Positions 10,128-22,796 are shown, counted from the stretch's first letter. The stretch: DNA of 64,000 bases from Perkinsela sp. CCAP 1560/9 (GCA_965644495.1 CBFFSA010000008.1:434001-498000); one strand, 5' to 3'. Program-made: numbers and translations. Notes: generated by a model from the letters alone, not told the origin.

Positions 10128-11938
10128 ATGCCTCAGCGTAGTGTGAACTGGTTTTGTGAGGCTTGCGACGACTTTATTTGCATTGAGCATCTGTCTTTCA
10201 CTAATTTTTGGGAACACGAGTGAAGAAATTCTAGCTCGTTGGTTGCGGAATCATCGGCTGGTGGCACAACAGGTCTGGTGTAACAAAAAAAAGGACCATG
10301 GAAATAAGGAATTATCTTGCGTCTGCGACGGAGAGTTTTGGTATTGCCCTGACCTGGAGACCAACGGTTGCCGGGCTCGGTACAGCATCATGGAACCCCT
10401 TTTTAGTCAGAAGAGCAAACGGGACATCAAAGACACTCTGCAGATCCTGTACAGTTTGGCTCAAGGTATAGCAGTCAAGCATATTTTGCGCGAAAGTACG
10501 CTGAGTAGAGTGACTGTTATGGCTGTCACGCAAATGCTTGAATTCATAATTGCCATGGCGCACGACATGCGCTTTGATGCGGCGGAAGGCACGGTAGTCT
10601 TTATGCAAAAAGACTTGCGTTTCCAAGATTAAACGCATGGGATGTGGGAAAGGGAAAAGAGTACGTCGTGATGGGTCTTCCTGGTACCATACACTTGTGA
10701 ATTGTGATCAAGTGCTTGATACCACCGGAGGGGTGCATTATCCCATGAAGGAAATCTTTGTTCGGTATCTGGAAAAGACGGACGCAGCCACCATGACAGC
10801 ACATGTCCGACACCTCGCCAAAACCTATCGTACCCAAATACAGGGGGGTGCACGAAAATATGGGGGGGGGTCAAAATTCTACTCTAAATATAACTCGACC
10901 AATTTTGGAAAACAATAGCGCATTCGAGAGCTCTCACAGAGTTACGTGTCATGTGATATTACGTTTTACGTAGTTTCCAGGTATATGCCTTCTCCTGAAT
11001 ACAGTGAAAAGGACAACTGCAAGTTTTTTTTCTGGTAAAAAGAAAGTTAGTATCCACAATTTGCACCTTTTTTCTCCAACACAATTTTCACACACGTTGG
11101 AACACTCTTTAAAGTCCTCAAAAATACATCGTATTGCACCCCTTTCAATTTTTCGACCCCAGAAGCGATCGGTCGTCTCAAATCTTCACGATTCGTTAGA
11201 CAAAACGAGTTTTTATGTTCGTCCATATCAGAATCAAGATTTTTTTAACCAAGAGTATCCTGTAAGATGCTTTAAGTTGCCCACGAGGCGAATAACAAAA
11301 TCTACTCCGTTTCTGCACCTTTTAATTATTCGAATATGACCTTTTCTGGGGCAGTACTGTATTAGGATCAAAAAAGTCGATAAATTCATAAAAAAAAGTA
11401 TTTTTTTTCAAAAACCTGCAGAATTTTGCACTTTGAAAAATCATGATTTTTTTAAATTTTTAAAAAAATTTAAAAATGCGGGAAACGCATTATCACATGA
11501 CACGTAACTCTGTGAGAGCTCTCGAATGCGTTATTATTTTCCAAAATTGGCGAAGTCATAAGAATTTTGACCCCCCCCCCATATTTTCGTGCACCCCCCT
11601 GTATATACGGACGGTGCTGCAGCAAGCAAGTGCCTAAGTAGAGAGTGGCGCCATGGTGTGGTAAACCACAAGAAGGTGTGGGTTGCTGCAACTGGTGTTC
11701 ACACGAACACCGTGGAGGCAGCTAATTCAAGTCTCAAAAAGGAGCTAAAAAGTCGGGGCGGTCGCCTTGGCAATGCAGAGGACGTCCGTACCAACCGCAT
11801 GAAGCTCTTTGCTGAACTTGCGAATGGTTCTCTAACGGTCAATGGCAACTCCCGTATTCGTCGCATCTTCCAAGACATTCGCATGTTTTGCGCCCAGTAT
11901 GTTTTTTCCGGGACGACGAAGAGGAAACAGATGAATAG
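10128..11938 (+). pseudogene. Merlin DDE transposase pseudogene, frameshifted and interrupted by a MITE
   Basis: Cys-rich N-terminal region; frameshift at the QKD[ET] catalytic motif near 10615; removing the 10841-11601 MITE plus one TA restores TQIYTDG...HGVVNH...GVHTNTVE. Confidence 0.88.
10841..11601. mobile_element. Tc1/mariner-type MITE
   Basis: TA|CAGGGGGGTGCACGAAAATATGGG... with about 125-bp imperfect TIRs, ending ...GTGCACCCCCCTG|TA. Confidence 0.92.
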
Positions 11939-13174
11939 GATGCTACTCATTCCAGAATTATTTCTTCCAGAATTGTCCACGTTAGCAACACTCATATTCT
12001 TCTACACTAGTATTTGCAAGATATTACATTCCCATATCGTGTAAAAGTATTTCTCATATAACGGTTGTACGTGTTGACATGCTAGAAGTAACATAGGAGG
12101 TCCTAGGACTGTCCTACCTCAGTGGCCCAGCCGGCCCCTCCGTGCGTTCGGCCCCTCATATTCCCCAAAACAACTACCACCTTCCCCCCCTATTTAGCGG
12201 GGGTCGCGCGAGAGATTTAGCGTCGCCGATTTTTTTTTTCGTGCTTCGGATTCTCATTTCACCCCCCCCCCTTTAATAGAGACAAACCACGAAATTTTGT
12301 CTACATTAAAGGGGAAGGTCACAGTATGCAATATTCCCTGGTTATGCAATATTGCTTGACTTATGCAATATTCCTTGACTTATGCAATATTCCTTTACTT
12401 TGGCCTGCTGCGCGCTTAGCGTTGAAAACTACCTCCGCGCTTAACGAAATTTGTTTACGAATTCATATTTCACAATTATTTTTTTTACACTCCCGCCCAA
12501 AAGTATTGTTCACAAAAATAACCGACACACAAAGTATTGTATTTATTAGTCTCGACCTTTTTTTTTTTTGAGTTTTAACCTGAATTTTAGTTGTTTTTTT
12601 CAAATTTTCAGGAAATTAGTATAATGAGTTCTGATATACGCGGCCACTTGATCTTCATCTCGAGGGAAGCTGAGTGATTTCTCTCCTATTTTTATGCTTC
12701 ACTACACGTTTGCACAGATCCGATGTGATAATGTCCAACTTTTTGGAGGCGAGTGGCAACTCGTGGAAATCGACAAAAAATATTGTATTTTCAAAAATAA
12801 ATGAGTTGATATGTTAACCCCCCTATTTATTTTATTTTTATTAGTATCGACCCAAATTTCGTGGTCGATACTAATAAATTACAATACATTTTTGGTGGGG
12901 GTGTAGGGCATCTTTATTTCACATTTTTACGACCACTATACTTCATACACAGCAGTGGAATAGAAACTTCATTTACAGCGCTTAGGCACTCAAAACCGCA
13001 CGATCGAAAGAATTGCGCCGCGAAGCGGGGCGCTTTTTTTTTGAATGTGGAAAAATTTTCACTCTCGACTACCCCCCCACCACACACTAGTGCCGTTTGG
13101 TCGAAAACCGCGGCACTATAAGTGGGGGGCACAGTAAATTCGTCTGCCCGGTCCCAGATAGAAATTACATCACA

Positions 13175-14038
13175 TTATACCGGCTTCATAATTACTATAA
13201 CATGTAATCCTCCGAAGAAATACCGTTTGTTGTACAATATCATACCACCTTGCTCTTCCACAAGCCTCTCAATATCAAGAGTCAAACAAAAGGATGTGTT
13301 AAATTCTTTTTTAATGTGCTGTAGCACGGTATTAATTGGTGTGTACAAAAATTTCCCCCAATCAAGTATCACAACGCAAGGCTTTTCACCCTCTAAGATG
13401 GTACGAGAACTCGGCTTTCCATGCGGTATTCGAGACGACTTTACTATTCGAAGCATTTCCGATATTAATTTGTCGTGTCCGAAAGGGCGTGTTGAAAGCC
13501 CATACGCACAAAAAACAGTATCTACAGATGAATCCACGAACGGTAATTTAGTCCAAAATCGGGAGTTTCTGAGTATCCCCTCGTCTAAAGGTTCTTCAAA
13601 ATCAGGAAATAAGGTTCCACACAGTTTCTGTTCAGTTCGTGATGACTCAATAACAATTCTTGCATCGAATGGGATAGGAGACGAAATAAATTCGGGCGTG
13701 TTGTCCAGCGCATATGCCATTTCTGTATGGTCCGAATCAATAGCGGTGTACCGCGCGATATTAACCATTTGCGTTGTATCGCATCCCCTTTTACGTTCTC
13801 TTGCTTTGTAAGCGCGCATCAGCAGTCTAAATTGTGGGAGTGTAAGTGATGGATGGACGTCAACCACCCAGCCGTGTAGTGCTCGGCAAGCTGTATATCG
13901 AGCTCGCTTTAAAAATATGTTTGGTATCTGACTACAGCCATACATTGTTCCCAAAAAAACGGCGCCGTACATGGCATAAGTAAGTGACTTCGTGTGAAAT
14001 CTACTCCACCCTTCATAATCCAAATGAGGAGCTGTCAT
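13175..14038 (-). CDS. Class I SAM-dependent methyltransferase-like protein
   Basis: KLPFVDSSVDTVFCAYGL...ISEMLRIVK resembles UbiE/Methyltransf_11 motifs; N-terminal hydrophobic segment. Confidence 0.6.
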   Translation of the reverse strand: MTAPHLDYEGWSRFHTKSLTYAMYGAVFLGTMYGCSQIPNIFLKRARYTACRALHGWVVDVHPSLTLPQFRLLMRAYKARERKRGCDTTQMVNIARYTAIDSDHTEMAYALDNTPEFISSPIPFDARIVIESSRTEQKLCGTLFPDFEEPLDEGILRNSRFWTKLPFVDSSVDTVFCAYGLSTRPFGHDKLISEMLRIVKSSRIPHGKPSSRTILEGEKPCVVILDWGKFLYTPINTVLQHIKKEFNTSFCLTLDIERLVEEQGGMILYNKRYFFGGLHVIVIMKPV

Positions 14039-14391
14039 GAAGATTTATATAGGAAAATGAAATGAAATAGGAAAAATAGGAATGGGACGTTTTCGCCACG
14101 CAAAATTTATCGATCCAAACGAATTGAGGGGCTACGGGTGGGGATTGGGTGTGGTCTCGGCGCCGTCTCGGAAATGAAAATTCCATGAATTTCTCCATGC
14201 AAATTTAGGAGAAAAGTTTAAAGGAAGAGAAAAACGCACTGCTGTTAGTAAGAAGGATGAAAAAGATTTAGAAAAAGAAAGGAAAGCTAAAAGAGCACAC
14301 CGAACGTAAAGTTTCGCCAACTTTTTTATCCATTCCCATCAAAATACAAACCGCGGTCTCGTTGCGGTTATTATTGAAAAAGGTGAAATTA

Positions 14392-15326
14392 CCGTTAGTA
14401 CCCCCTGACTTTGCATCCCCCCTGACTTTGCACATTTTTCTGTTTTTGAAAATTTCTTGATGTGCAAAGTCACGGGGGTATCAAAATTTCGAAAAAAGCT
14501 GAAAACTTAATTTTTTTTTTGTAAAGGACATGTAAAAATTTAACCAGTCGTACAAATGTAAATTGCATTGTTTACTTTCTGTCATTTTCAACAATGCTAT
14601 GAATGTCTACAATAGTATGGAAGCGTATGCACCGATCGAAACTTCTACTATTTTAAATCAACTGAAAGATTGTCTAAGCCGAGTTAACTTTGTTGGTACT
14701 GGATACAGCATTGCCCACATTGATTGTCCACAACAACGAATTGGTGATAATGGGTCTGCACTTCATGTCGTCAACAACATGTATCGTACGCTTTTTAAGC
14801 GTACCAGTGATATTATTTCTCGTAAGGACGTATCAAAAACTTGGACGCCACTGTTATAATAATTGATACATGTTGAATGTTTAATTTTTGTAATATTGTT
14901 TAATTCTGTAATACTTATTTCGATTAGCCTTCGATTTTTTTGTTTGTTAATATTCGTACGTCCAGAGCTGTGTCTTGTAGTTCTTCTTTGTATCTGAGAT
15001 ATTTTCCACTGTTTTTTTTCTCAGTGTAGAACAATAACAGATTTTTTTTGAGTCCACAGCAACGGTTTACTTCATTATTGCGCATTATGTATTTGTATTT
15101 ATTCGTATACACGTTCCGTAGGCTCTTTTCGTATTTTCTTTCCTGCTACATCAATGACCCACGAAGAATATGCGAGGAAACATTTATGCGCGGAAGATCT
15201 CACCCCTTTTCACCCATTCTTTTTTACCCCCTCAACCCACCTTCATGACTTTGCACACCCCCTGACTTTGCACAAAAACCTGATTTTTCGCTGTTTTCGT
15301 CGTGCAAAGTCAGGGGGTACTAACGG
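14392..15326. mobile_element. TA-flanked MITE (pogo/mariner-like CCGT terminus)
   Basis: Perfect 24-bp TIR CCGTTAGTACCCCCTGACTTTGCA, TA on both sides, and subterminal CCCCTGACTTTGCAC repeats. Confidence 0.92.
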
Positions 15327-15450
15327 TACGTCCATGTACTTCCAGATGCTGCCAGAGAATGGCAGCAACCGCCAGATACCGCCAGGTACTGCGGCGTCCA
15401 GGTACTGACTGGAAAATTTGTATCCAGGACTATTCATCTGGAACCTATTA

Positions 15451-15741
15451 CCGTATACCTCCCCCCAGTAAGAGAATGGGTTTTGGGTCGAAATGGCCAA
15501 ATCTCTCTTACTGGGGGGGTATGCTTTTTTGGCCAGTTTCCTCTTTTCTCCCAACTTTTTTGACTATTTTTTCTTCTGAAAACGTGTTAAAACGCTTCTT
15601 TGGGTTACCCCCGAGGCCCCCAACATGCAGACACCCACCCCCTACCCCCTATACGCCCCCTGTGGGGCTCCCGAGCCAAATCTCTCTTACTGGGGGTCAG
15701 CCTCAAAAGGGCTAAATCTCTCTTACTGGGGGGGTATACGG
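15451..15741. mobile_element. TA-flanked 291-bp MITE (CCGTATA terminus)
   Basis: TA|CCGTATACCTCCCCCCAGTAAGAGA ... TCTCTTACTGGGGGGGTATACGG|TA; internal AAATCTCTCTTACTGGGGG repeats. Confidence 0.88.
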
Positions 15742-15863
15742 TAGGTCTAAAATCTAGAATAGATAGCCGCGACCTCCGATTGCCGCGACCTCTGATATTA
15801 CGAGTGGTAACAATATCTAAATTCCAGAGAAAATATGCAGCAGTATTGACAAGTTAGCAACCT

Positions 15864-17177
15864 TCACGGACATGTTGGATTGCACTCATCCAAGTCCCTC
15901 ATTGAAAGAATACAATCCTGATATACCTTTCTCATGCTTGGCGTGTCACTAGGAGAGAGATACCAGTCCACTGCAGCCTCACCCAGCGTTACATTCCCAA
16001 TGCGTAAAGTGCGCCACGTATTGTCTTTTTTTCCCTCACAATGCGTAATACATGAGGTGAGAAAACCACCGTTACCGGTCGCGTTCGTAAAGGCGGGATT
16101 TGTCAGTATAGTGTTCAAAAATAATTTTTGATAGTTAACAAAGGGTTGGAACTTTGATACAGGACAATAGTTTAGGTTCATACCGCAGTGTTCGTACCCA
16201 TAGACCGCACTGCAATTTCCATTGACGTCGTAGTCTTGTTGCAGTACCGGCATGGCGGTAAGAATGCAATCTCGAGAATAACTATCCATTGATGAATTCA
16301 GCACGAAGGTCCGCACTTTGGTGTAAGCGAAACTGTGCTCCGCGAAATTACATTTCCATTCTTCGTTCGTACTAGAGTACGCAGCGATACAATGTGGGTT
16401 AAGGCCACCGCGCGCATTCGATAATTCGTAAATGGAGCGCATTTGGTCCTCAAATACATTCATCCCGTAAGTATTAGGGGCCTGTAGAAAAAATCCCGAA
16501 ATGGGAAACGCGTGCACACTTTTTACGGAAGGAATATGTTCTTGTAGCCAGTCAACCACAGAATCACTTTGAAGGTACGTGCTGAGCCCACCAGCGGAGC
16601 ACCCGGTGATAATAATTCGTTCAGCGGTCTTGAAAGAGGTGGTTTCACGTAGGTGGTGCAGTACCGCTTCCTTGATTTTCTTTCCGTGAAAGTATAGTGG
16701 ACGACCGTGTACATTAATAGGTTCTGTTCTGTCCCCAGCGAAGCTGTTGCCGTCACAATATTTCATATACACAAGATTGAAAGTCGAAAAATAGTTCGAC
16801 TTATCTCGTGAAAGAAGACCGCCAAATAAATCAGGAAGAGACGACGGGTAGGATTTACTGCTCCCCAGATCTTCGAAGCTGCGCCCATAGCAGTCTTCCT
16901 TGTTGTAGCACCACCCTCCTCCTTCAAAGTACAGAATCCAGTCATTAGTAGGTGGAGTCAGTGTACGAAGATAATAGGCCGCCGGTGTACCGTCCAAGCA
17001 CCTTCCCTTCGTATCGGATGGTAGTCTATGTAAAATGAGCTCTCCCTCTTCATGAAAAGACTCTGTTATATCGGCTAAAGGGTCTTGGATTTGAGCCTGG
17101 GGTACGGCAATGCAGACAAGTATTTGAATTCGGAATGTTATGCATAAAAGACCTATGAGCAAATCTATGGCTGACAT
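15864..17177 (-). CDS. Pectin acetylesterase / Notum-family secreted esterase
   Basis: Signal peptide; CLDGTPAAYY, YFEGGGWC, YCDG, GCSAGG nucleophile motif and C-terminal CNPTC. Confidence 0.9.
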   Translation of the reverse strand: MSAIDLLIGLLCITFRIQILVCIAVPQAQIQDPLADITESFHEEGELILHRLPSDTKGRCLDGTPAAYYLRTLTPPTNDWILYFEGGGWCYNKEDCYGRSFEDLGSSKSYPSSLPDLFGGLLSRDKSNYFSTFNLVYMKYCDGNSFAGDRTEPINVHGRPLYFHGKKIKEAVLHHLRETTSFKTAERIIITGCSAGGLSTYLQSDSVVDWLQEHIPSVKSVHAFPISGFFLQAPNTYGMNVFEDQMRSIYELSNARGGLNPHCIAAYSSTNEEWKCNFAEHSFAYTKVRTFVLNSSMDSYSRDCILTAMPVLQQDYDVNGNCSAVYGYEHCGMNLNYCPVSKFQPFVNYQKLFLNTILTNPAFTNATGNGGFLTSCITHCEGKKDNTWRTLRIGNVTLGEAAVDWYLSPSDTPSMRKVYQDCILSMRDLDECNPTCP

Positions 17178-17753
17178 GAGGTTAAAATTAGTTCGAGACT
17201 ACTGTATGCGAAAAAATCAAAGTATGCATACTGTACAATGAAATGTATAGTGCTCCTATAGATGGGACAAATTTTGACATCACTCTGGCAAAAAACAACA
17301 CTGATCTCGCTCATGCAGTATGAAAATTCTATACCTCTTCCAGCGTAGACTACCAATCTCTCCGTAGCTGAGTATTTAATCTCGACGTAAGAACATTGTT
17401 AATACATTGAAAAAAAGGCATCAGCAAAGTGGAAAATGAGGTACAATTACCAAACTTTATAAGGAATGATATTTCGTGACGCTACTTAAGTCATGATAAA
17501 CTATTATTTCCGACTGTAATAAGATTCTATAAAAGAAAGTTTCATGTGTAAAACTGTGAAAGTTGCATGTTTATTTTAAATATCGAAGGAAGCAATGATT
17601 CAGCATGCAAAAAAGGGCATGCAATTCAACATTCTCTAGGACGACAAAGAACTAAACATTTCAATATATCCATAACGCTTTCTTTCCCTTTAATTTGCTG
17701 CAACCATTATAGTAAATAAGCAATACATGGGTATACGTCCCTGCGTGAGGGAA

Positions 17754-18353
17754 TTAGTTCACTGCCTTAAAATACTCCTGTGAGCCTACCGGATCAGCCT
17801 TCATGGTACGTTTTCCGGGGGTCCATCCAGCTGGACAAACCTCCCCATGCTTGTCTGTAAACTGGAATGCCTGGACCAGACGCAGAGTCTCATCAACACT
17901 ACGTCCCACCGGGAGATCATTCACGGTGGATTGCCGCAGGATTCCGTTTCCATCAATAATGAAAAGTCCGCGCAGCGCGACGCCAGCCTCCGGACCTTGT
18001 TGCACAAGAACGCCGTAGTCAATTGCGAGCTGTTTGGAGACATCCGCGAGCAGAGGAATGTTAAGCTTTCCTACCCCTCCCTTGGCTCGATCGGTGTTGG
18101 TCCAAGCCAGGTGACTGAACACACTGTCCACACTGCACGCCAGCACGTGACAATCGATCTGATGAAACTCCGCCACGCGATCTGAGAAGGCCAGAATTTC
18201 CGTTGGGCACACAAACGTGAAATCCAGCGGGTAGAAAAAGAGAACCACGTACTTCCCCATGTAGTCCTGCAAAGAGACTTCCCGAAAAGTCCCATCGGGC
18301 ATTACTGCTTGGGTGCGAAAAGCGGGGGCTGGTGCACGCACTTGTACCGGCAT
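17754..18353 (-). CDS. 2-Cys peroxiredoxin (tryparedoxin peroxidase type)
   Basis: [13 protein letters not shown] and GEVCPAGW; the likely start is MPVQVRAP at 18353. Confidence 0.96.
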   Translation of the reverse strand: MPVQVRAPAPAFRTQAVMPDGTFREVSLQDYMGKYVVLFFYPLDFTFVCPTEILAFSDRVAEFHQIDCHVLACSVDSVFSHLAWTNTDRAKGGVGKLNIPLLADVSKQLAIDYGVLVQQGPEAGVALRGLFIIDGNGILRQSTVNDLPVGRSVDETLRLVQAFQFTDKHGEVCPAGWTPGKRTMKADPVGSQEYFKAVN

Positions 18354-18851
18354 TGATAGGCTAACTAAAGAAAAATGGCAGAGAAAAATAGAAAAATAAC
18401 TGGCTTCATCTACAGCAGGAGTATCTCTAAAAGATACAATTTTACCACATCGCAAGAGAAATCATCGTCGAGTGTACCGATAAAATACAACCATCTAGAG
18501 CGCATTCCCTAGATTGCGAATAATAGATTTATGTTCCGTATTTTCCCAAAGAAACAGGATTGATTCAACACATCTCTGAATGCGTTGCTCTCTAGTGCTA
18601 TAATAAATGACGTGAACAAAAATTTCTACATGTCTTTCCCATAAATGTATGTAGCGCAATGTAACACGATTTCTGCAACATTATTACTAACGTGACCATG
18701 TAAGACTAAAAGCATTATTTCCATATTTCTAAAAGAATGACCCGATATATTCTTACTGCGACCACTCATTTTGCCCAAACCTTTAGAAAACGATATTTGA
18801 CTATGAAAAACGTTTCGTGGCTACCCTATCCACATCTCCTTACCCAAACGC

Positions 18852-20204
18852 CTAATACTCGTCCATGTCATCCCCTTCCATATCCGCCGAGTCCGCCCCA
18901 ACCTCCTCATAATCCCGCTCCAACGCCGCAAGATCCTCCCGGGCCTCACTAAACTCCCCTTCCTCCATCCCCTCACTCACATACCAGTGCACAAACGCTC
19001 GTTTCGCATACATCAAATCAAACTTATGATCAATCCGCGCAAACACCTCCGCGATCGCGGTTGTGTTCGCAATCATACACACCGCCCGCTGCACACGCGC
19101 CAAATCCCCCCCGGGCACCACCGTCGGGGGCTGGTAGTTAATCCCACACTTAAACCCCGTGGGACACCAGTCCACAAACTGGATCGTTCGTTTGGTCTTG
19201 ATCGTGGCCACCGCCGCGTTCACGTCCTTCGGGACCACATCCCCGCGGTACATCAGACAGGCCGCCATGTACTTCCCGTGGCGCGGGTCGCACTTCGCCA
19301 TCATACTCGCGGGCTCGAACACGCTGTTGGTGATCTCATGTACACTTAACTGCTCGTGGTAGGCCTTCGCGGCACTCACCACGGGGGCGTAACTCGATAG
19401 CACGAAATGGATCCGGGGGTAGGGGACCAGGTTGGTCTGGAACTCGGTGACATCGACGTTAAGGGCGCCATCGAAGCGTAGGGAGGCGGTAAGGGAGGAG
19501 ATCACTTGGGCGACTAAACGGTTAACATTGGTGTAGTTCGGTCGGTCAATGTCGAGGTTGCGTCGGGCAATGTCGTAGATGGCCTCGTTGTCGAGCATAA
19601 CGGCGACGTCGGTGTGCTCGAGGAGGGAGTGGGTGGAGAGGACACTGTTGTAGGGCTCCACGACGGCGGTGGAGACTTGGGGGGAGGGGTAGATGGTGAA
19701 ACCCATTTTGCTTTTCTTGCCGTAGTCCACGGAGAGACGCTCGAGGAGGAGGGCGCCGAGACCGGAACCGGTGCCCCCACCGACGGCGTGGAACACGAGG
19801 AAGCCTTGGAGACCGGTGCAGTTGTCGGCGAGTTTGCGGATGCGGTCGAGGCAGAGGTCGACGATTTCTTTGCCGATGGTGTAGTGGCCACGGGCGTAGT
19901 TGTTCGCGGCGTCTTCCTTGCCGGAGAGGAGCTGCTCGGGGTGGAACAGTTCGCGGTAGGGACCGGAGCGGATCTCATCGACCACAGTGGGCTCAAGGTC
20001 CACGAACAAGGCTCGGGGAACGTGACGACCGGCGCCGGTTTCAGCAAAGAAGGTGTTGAAGGCGTCGTCCTCAACGACGGCGCCAGATTCTTGGGGCATG
20101 GTGCCATCGGGGTTGATGCCGTGCTCCAGGCAGTAGAGTTCCCAGCAGGCATTTCCGGTCTGGACACCGGCTTGGCCGAGATGGATGGAGATCACTTCAC
20201 GCAT
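18852..20204 (-). CDS. TUBA: Alpha-tubulin
   Basis: [15 protein letters not shown] and C-terminal DEY; 450 aa. Confidence 0.99.
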   Translation of the reverse strand: MREVISIHLGQAGVQTGNACWELYCLEHGINPDGTMPQESGAVVEDDAFNTFFAETGAGRHVPRALFVDLEPTVVDEIRSGPYRELFHPEQLLSGKEDAANNYARGHYTIGKEIVDLCLDRIRKLADNCTGLQGFLVFHAVGGGTGSGLGALLLERLSVDYGKKSKMGFTIYPSPQVSTAVVEPYNSVLSTHSLLEHTDVAVMLDNEAIYDIARRNLDIDRPNYTNVNRLVAQVISSLTASLRFDGALNVDVTEFQTNLVPYPRIHFVLSSYAPVVSAAKAYHEQLSVHEITNSVFEPASMMAKCDPRHGKYMAACLMYRGDVVPKDVNAAVATIKTKRTIQFVDWCPTGFKCGINYQPPTVVPGGDLARVQRAVCMIANTTAIAEVFARIDHKFDLMYAKRAFVHWYVSEGMEEGEFSEAREDLAALERDYEEVGADSADMEGDDMDEY

Positions 20205-20574
20205 TGAAAAAAGGGTTTGAGAAAAAGGAGGAAAGAGAAGATATATAGGAAAGTTAGATAGCGGTTAGGATGTAATGATAAAGGCATACTATAACAATTA
20301 TCGATCCGTACATAGCCTTAGTTGTATTCCGACGGATTGCAAAACCCTACGAACGTCCCAGATACCGATCTTAATGATATCGTTTCTCTACTGAAGACCA
20401 CCTTAAGACGTTCATATAGTTTCTTTTGAGGTTCCAGAGTTCAATTAGAAAGCAATAACTCTTAAACAACGGCCGATGCCCATGATCTTCAACACTTGTA
20501 CCTCTCTCAAATTAGCAAAAAAAAGTTCAAAATAGCAACAAAAAATTGAAGTTTTCGGTCTTGTGTTGTATCAT

Positions 20575-22503
20575 TTAAAGATCTTCCATATCATCGCTCT
20601 CCTGATAGACACGCTGTACGATTGGATTCGTAACACCCTGTACGCTTTCAAGTTTTTCCTCGTACTCATCCTTGTCGGCGTCAGGGTTTTCATCAAGCCA
20701 TTCAATGCCGTCGTTCACGGCGTCCATGATGGTTTTCTTCTCATCATTGCTTAGCTTTTTCGCAAGCTTGTCTTCGTCCTTCACTTGGTTTTTCAGGTTG
20801 TAAAGAACGCCTTCCAGTTTGTTGCGCGCCTCAATGCGTTCGCGAACCTGCTTATCTTGGTCGCCAAATTCTTCCGCCTCGCGGACCATGCGCTCAATTT
20901 CTTCCTGACTAAGGCGGCCTTTGTCGTTCGTAATGGTGATTTTTTCCTCCCGATTCGTGGACTTGTCCATGGCGCTCACTTGCATAATACCATTCTCATC
21001 GACGTCAAAGGTAACCTCGATCTGGGGAACTCCTCGCGGGGCAGGTGGGATGTCACTAAGGTCGAATTTGCCCAATTGACGGTTATCTTTCGTCATCGCG
21101 CGTTCACCCTCGTAGACGACGATTGAAACTGTCTCCTGGTTATCTGCGGCTGTGCTAAACACTTGACTCTTTTTCGCGGGGATAGGCGTATTACGTTCGA
21201 CAAGCTTGGTCATCACACCTCCAACGGTTTCAATGCCCAGAGATAACGGTATGACGTCCACAAGCAGGACTTTGTTCTCGACGTCGCTCTCACCACAGAG
21301 AACGGCACCTTGCACCGCGGCACCATACGCCACAGCCTCATCGGGATTGATGCCACTGTTGAGTTCCTTGCCATTGAAGAAGTCCTTCAATAACTGCTGA
21401 ACTTTCGGGATACGAGTGGATCCCCCAACCAGAACGATGTCCTCAATATCGGTTTTCTTCAATTTGGCGTCAGATAATACTGCTTCCACAGGCTTTAGAG
21501 TTCCTTTGAAAAGATCCATGTTGAGCTCTTCAAATTTGGCTCGCGTGAGTTTTTCAGAAAAGTCGTACCCTTCGGTCAGTCCGTCCACTTCAAGTTGAGC
21601 CTCCGGTTGAGAGGACAATTGTCGCTTCGCTGCTTCACACGCCTTACGTAGCCGCGCTAGGGCCTTCTGATCTTTGCTGATATCCGTGCTACGCTTCTTT
21701 TTGATCATGTCTACGAAGTACTTCATCAGGCGGTTGTCAAAGTCTTCACCTCCTAAATGGGTATCCCCATTCGTAGCAACGACCTCAAAGAAACCGTCAT
21801 CGATTGTAAGAAGCGAGACATCAAATGTTCCACCGCCTAAGTCGAACACAAGAATGTTACGTTCGCCTTTCTTGTTCAAACCGTAGGCAATGGCCGCAGC
21901 CGTGGGCTCGTTGATGATACGGGCCACATTGAGGCCAGCAATAGTACCCGCATCCTTAGTGGACTGGCGTTGGGCATCGTTGAAGTAAGCAGGAACAGTG
22001 ACCACAGCATTTCGCACAGGTTGTCCCAAATACCCTTCCGCGATTTCCTTCATCTTGGTTAAGATCATGGCGCTAATTTCCTCTGGGGTAAATGCTTTTT
22101 TCTCGCCTTTGTAGGAAACTTGTACGCGTGGCTCACTGTGCTGAGAGACAATTTCAAAGGATAGCAGTTTTTTGTCGTACTGAACGGTCTTGTCCGCGTA
22201 CTTACGCCCGATAAGCCGCTTAATGGTGTAGACTGTGTTCTCGGGATTCTGTGGTAATTGATTTTTAGCGCCATCCCCGATCAACCGTTCACTTTCAGTA
22301 AAGCCGACCACAGAGGGTGTGATTCGATTTCCCATCTCATTTGGAATAATCTGGACCTCACCGTTTTTCCACACACCGACAACGGAATAGGTTGTTCCGA
22401 GATCGATGCCCACCACAGGACACTCGAGCTTTTTGCTGTCGCCGTCGCGCTGTGTTGTAAACCCAATGCCCAGTAACAGGGTGTAGAAAAGGGCAGTCCA
22501 CAT
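20575..22503 (-). CDS. BiP: BiP/GRP78, ER Hsp70
   Basis: Signal peptide MWTALFY..., [17 protein letters not shown] and DLGGGTFD; ER-retention signal MEDL (kinetoplastid MDDL-like). Confidence 0.97.
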   Translation of the reverse strand: MWTALFYTLLLGIGFTTQRDGDSKKLECPVVGIDLGTTYSVVGVWKNGEVQIIPNEMGNRITPSVVGFTESERLIGDGAKNQLPQNPENTVYTIKRLIGRKYADKTVQYDKKLLSFEIVSQHSEPRVQVSYKGEKKAFTPEEISAMILTKMKEIAEGYLGQPVRNAVVTVPAYFNDAQRQSTKDAGTIAGLNVARIINEPTAAAIAYGLNKKGERNILVFDLGGGTFDVSLLTIDDGFFEVVATNGDTHLGGEDFDNRLMKYFVDMIKKKRSTDISKDQKALARLRKACEAAKRQLSSQPEAQLEVDGLTEGYDFSEKLTRAKFEELNMDLFKGTLKPVEAVLSDAKLKKTDIEDIVLVGGSTRIPKVQQLLKDFFNGKELNSGINPDEAVAYGAAVQGAVLCGESDVENKVLLVDVIPLSLGIETVGGVMTKLVERNTPIPAKKSQVFSTAADNQETVSIVVYEGERAMTKDNRQLGKFDLSDIPPAPRGVPQIEVTFDVDENGIMQVSAMDKSTNREEKITITNDKGRLSQEEIERMVREAEEFGDQDKQVRERIEARNKLEGVLYNLKNQVKDEDKLAKKLSNDEKKTIMDAVNDGIEWLDENPDADKDEYEEKLESVQGVTNPIVQRVYQESDDMEDL

Positions 22504-22796
22504 GAACAAGATATATTTTAGTGAAGAACTGGCAAGTCTTCTGAAAGAAAATACAAAATTAATTCTTCTGAAAGAGATTACAAATCTACAATGCATTTGA
22601 GACACTCCGGTATCATTTATCACTCCGGTATCACGAACGTTGTGAACGTACGTGCTGCTGTGCGCTATGTGAATAAATATAATTTTATAATGTACATATC
22701 AAACGAGGCACACAACAAGTTTCATGGCTACTAGAAACTGAACTAATCTCTGATTCGGCTACGATTAGTAAAATAGAGTTAATTTCAAGTTGTTGA

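Larger units (their letters stand above)
9940..12405 (+). mobile_element. Merlin (IS1595/IS1016-like) DNA transposon
   Basis: Termini GGGGAAAGTCAAGGAATATTGCAT and ATGCAATATTCCTTTACTTTGGCC; 9-bp TSD TGCTGCGCG at 9931-9939 and 12406-12414; internal Merlin transposase. Confidence 0.9.
9741..13134. mobile_element. TA-flanked non-autonomous DNA transposon (outer layer of nest)
   Basis: TA|CTGTGC(C)nACTTATAGTGCCGCGG ... CCGCGGCACTATAAGTGGGGGGCACAG|TA. Confidence 0.85.

Noticed and set aside
5042-12320. Kolobok-like TTAA|AGGGG ends at 5042, 12276 and 12306
   Set aside because: Similarity is limited to a G-run, and pairing them would cross the well-supported Merlin boundaries
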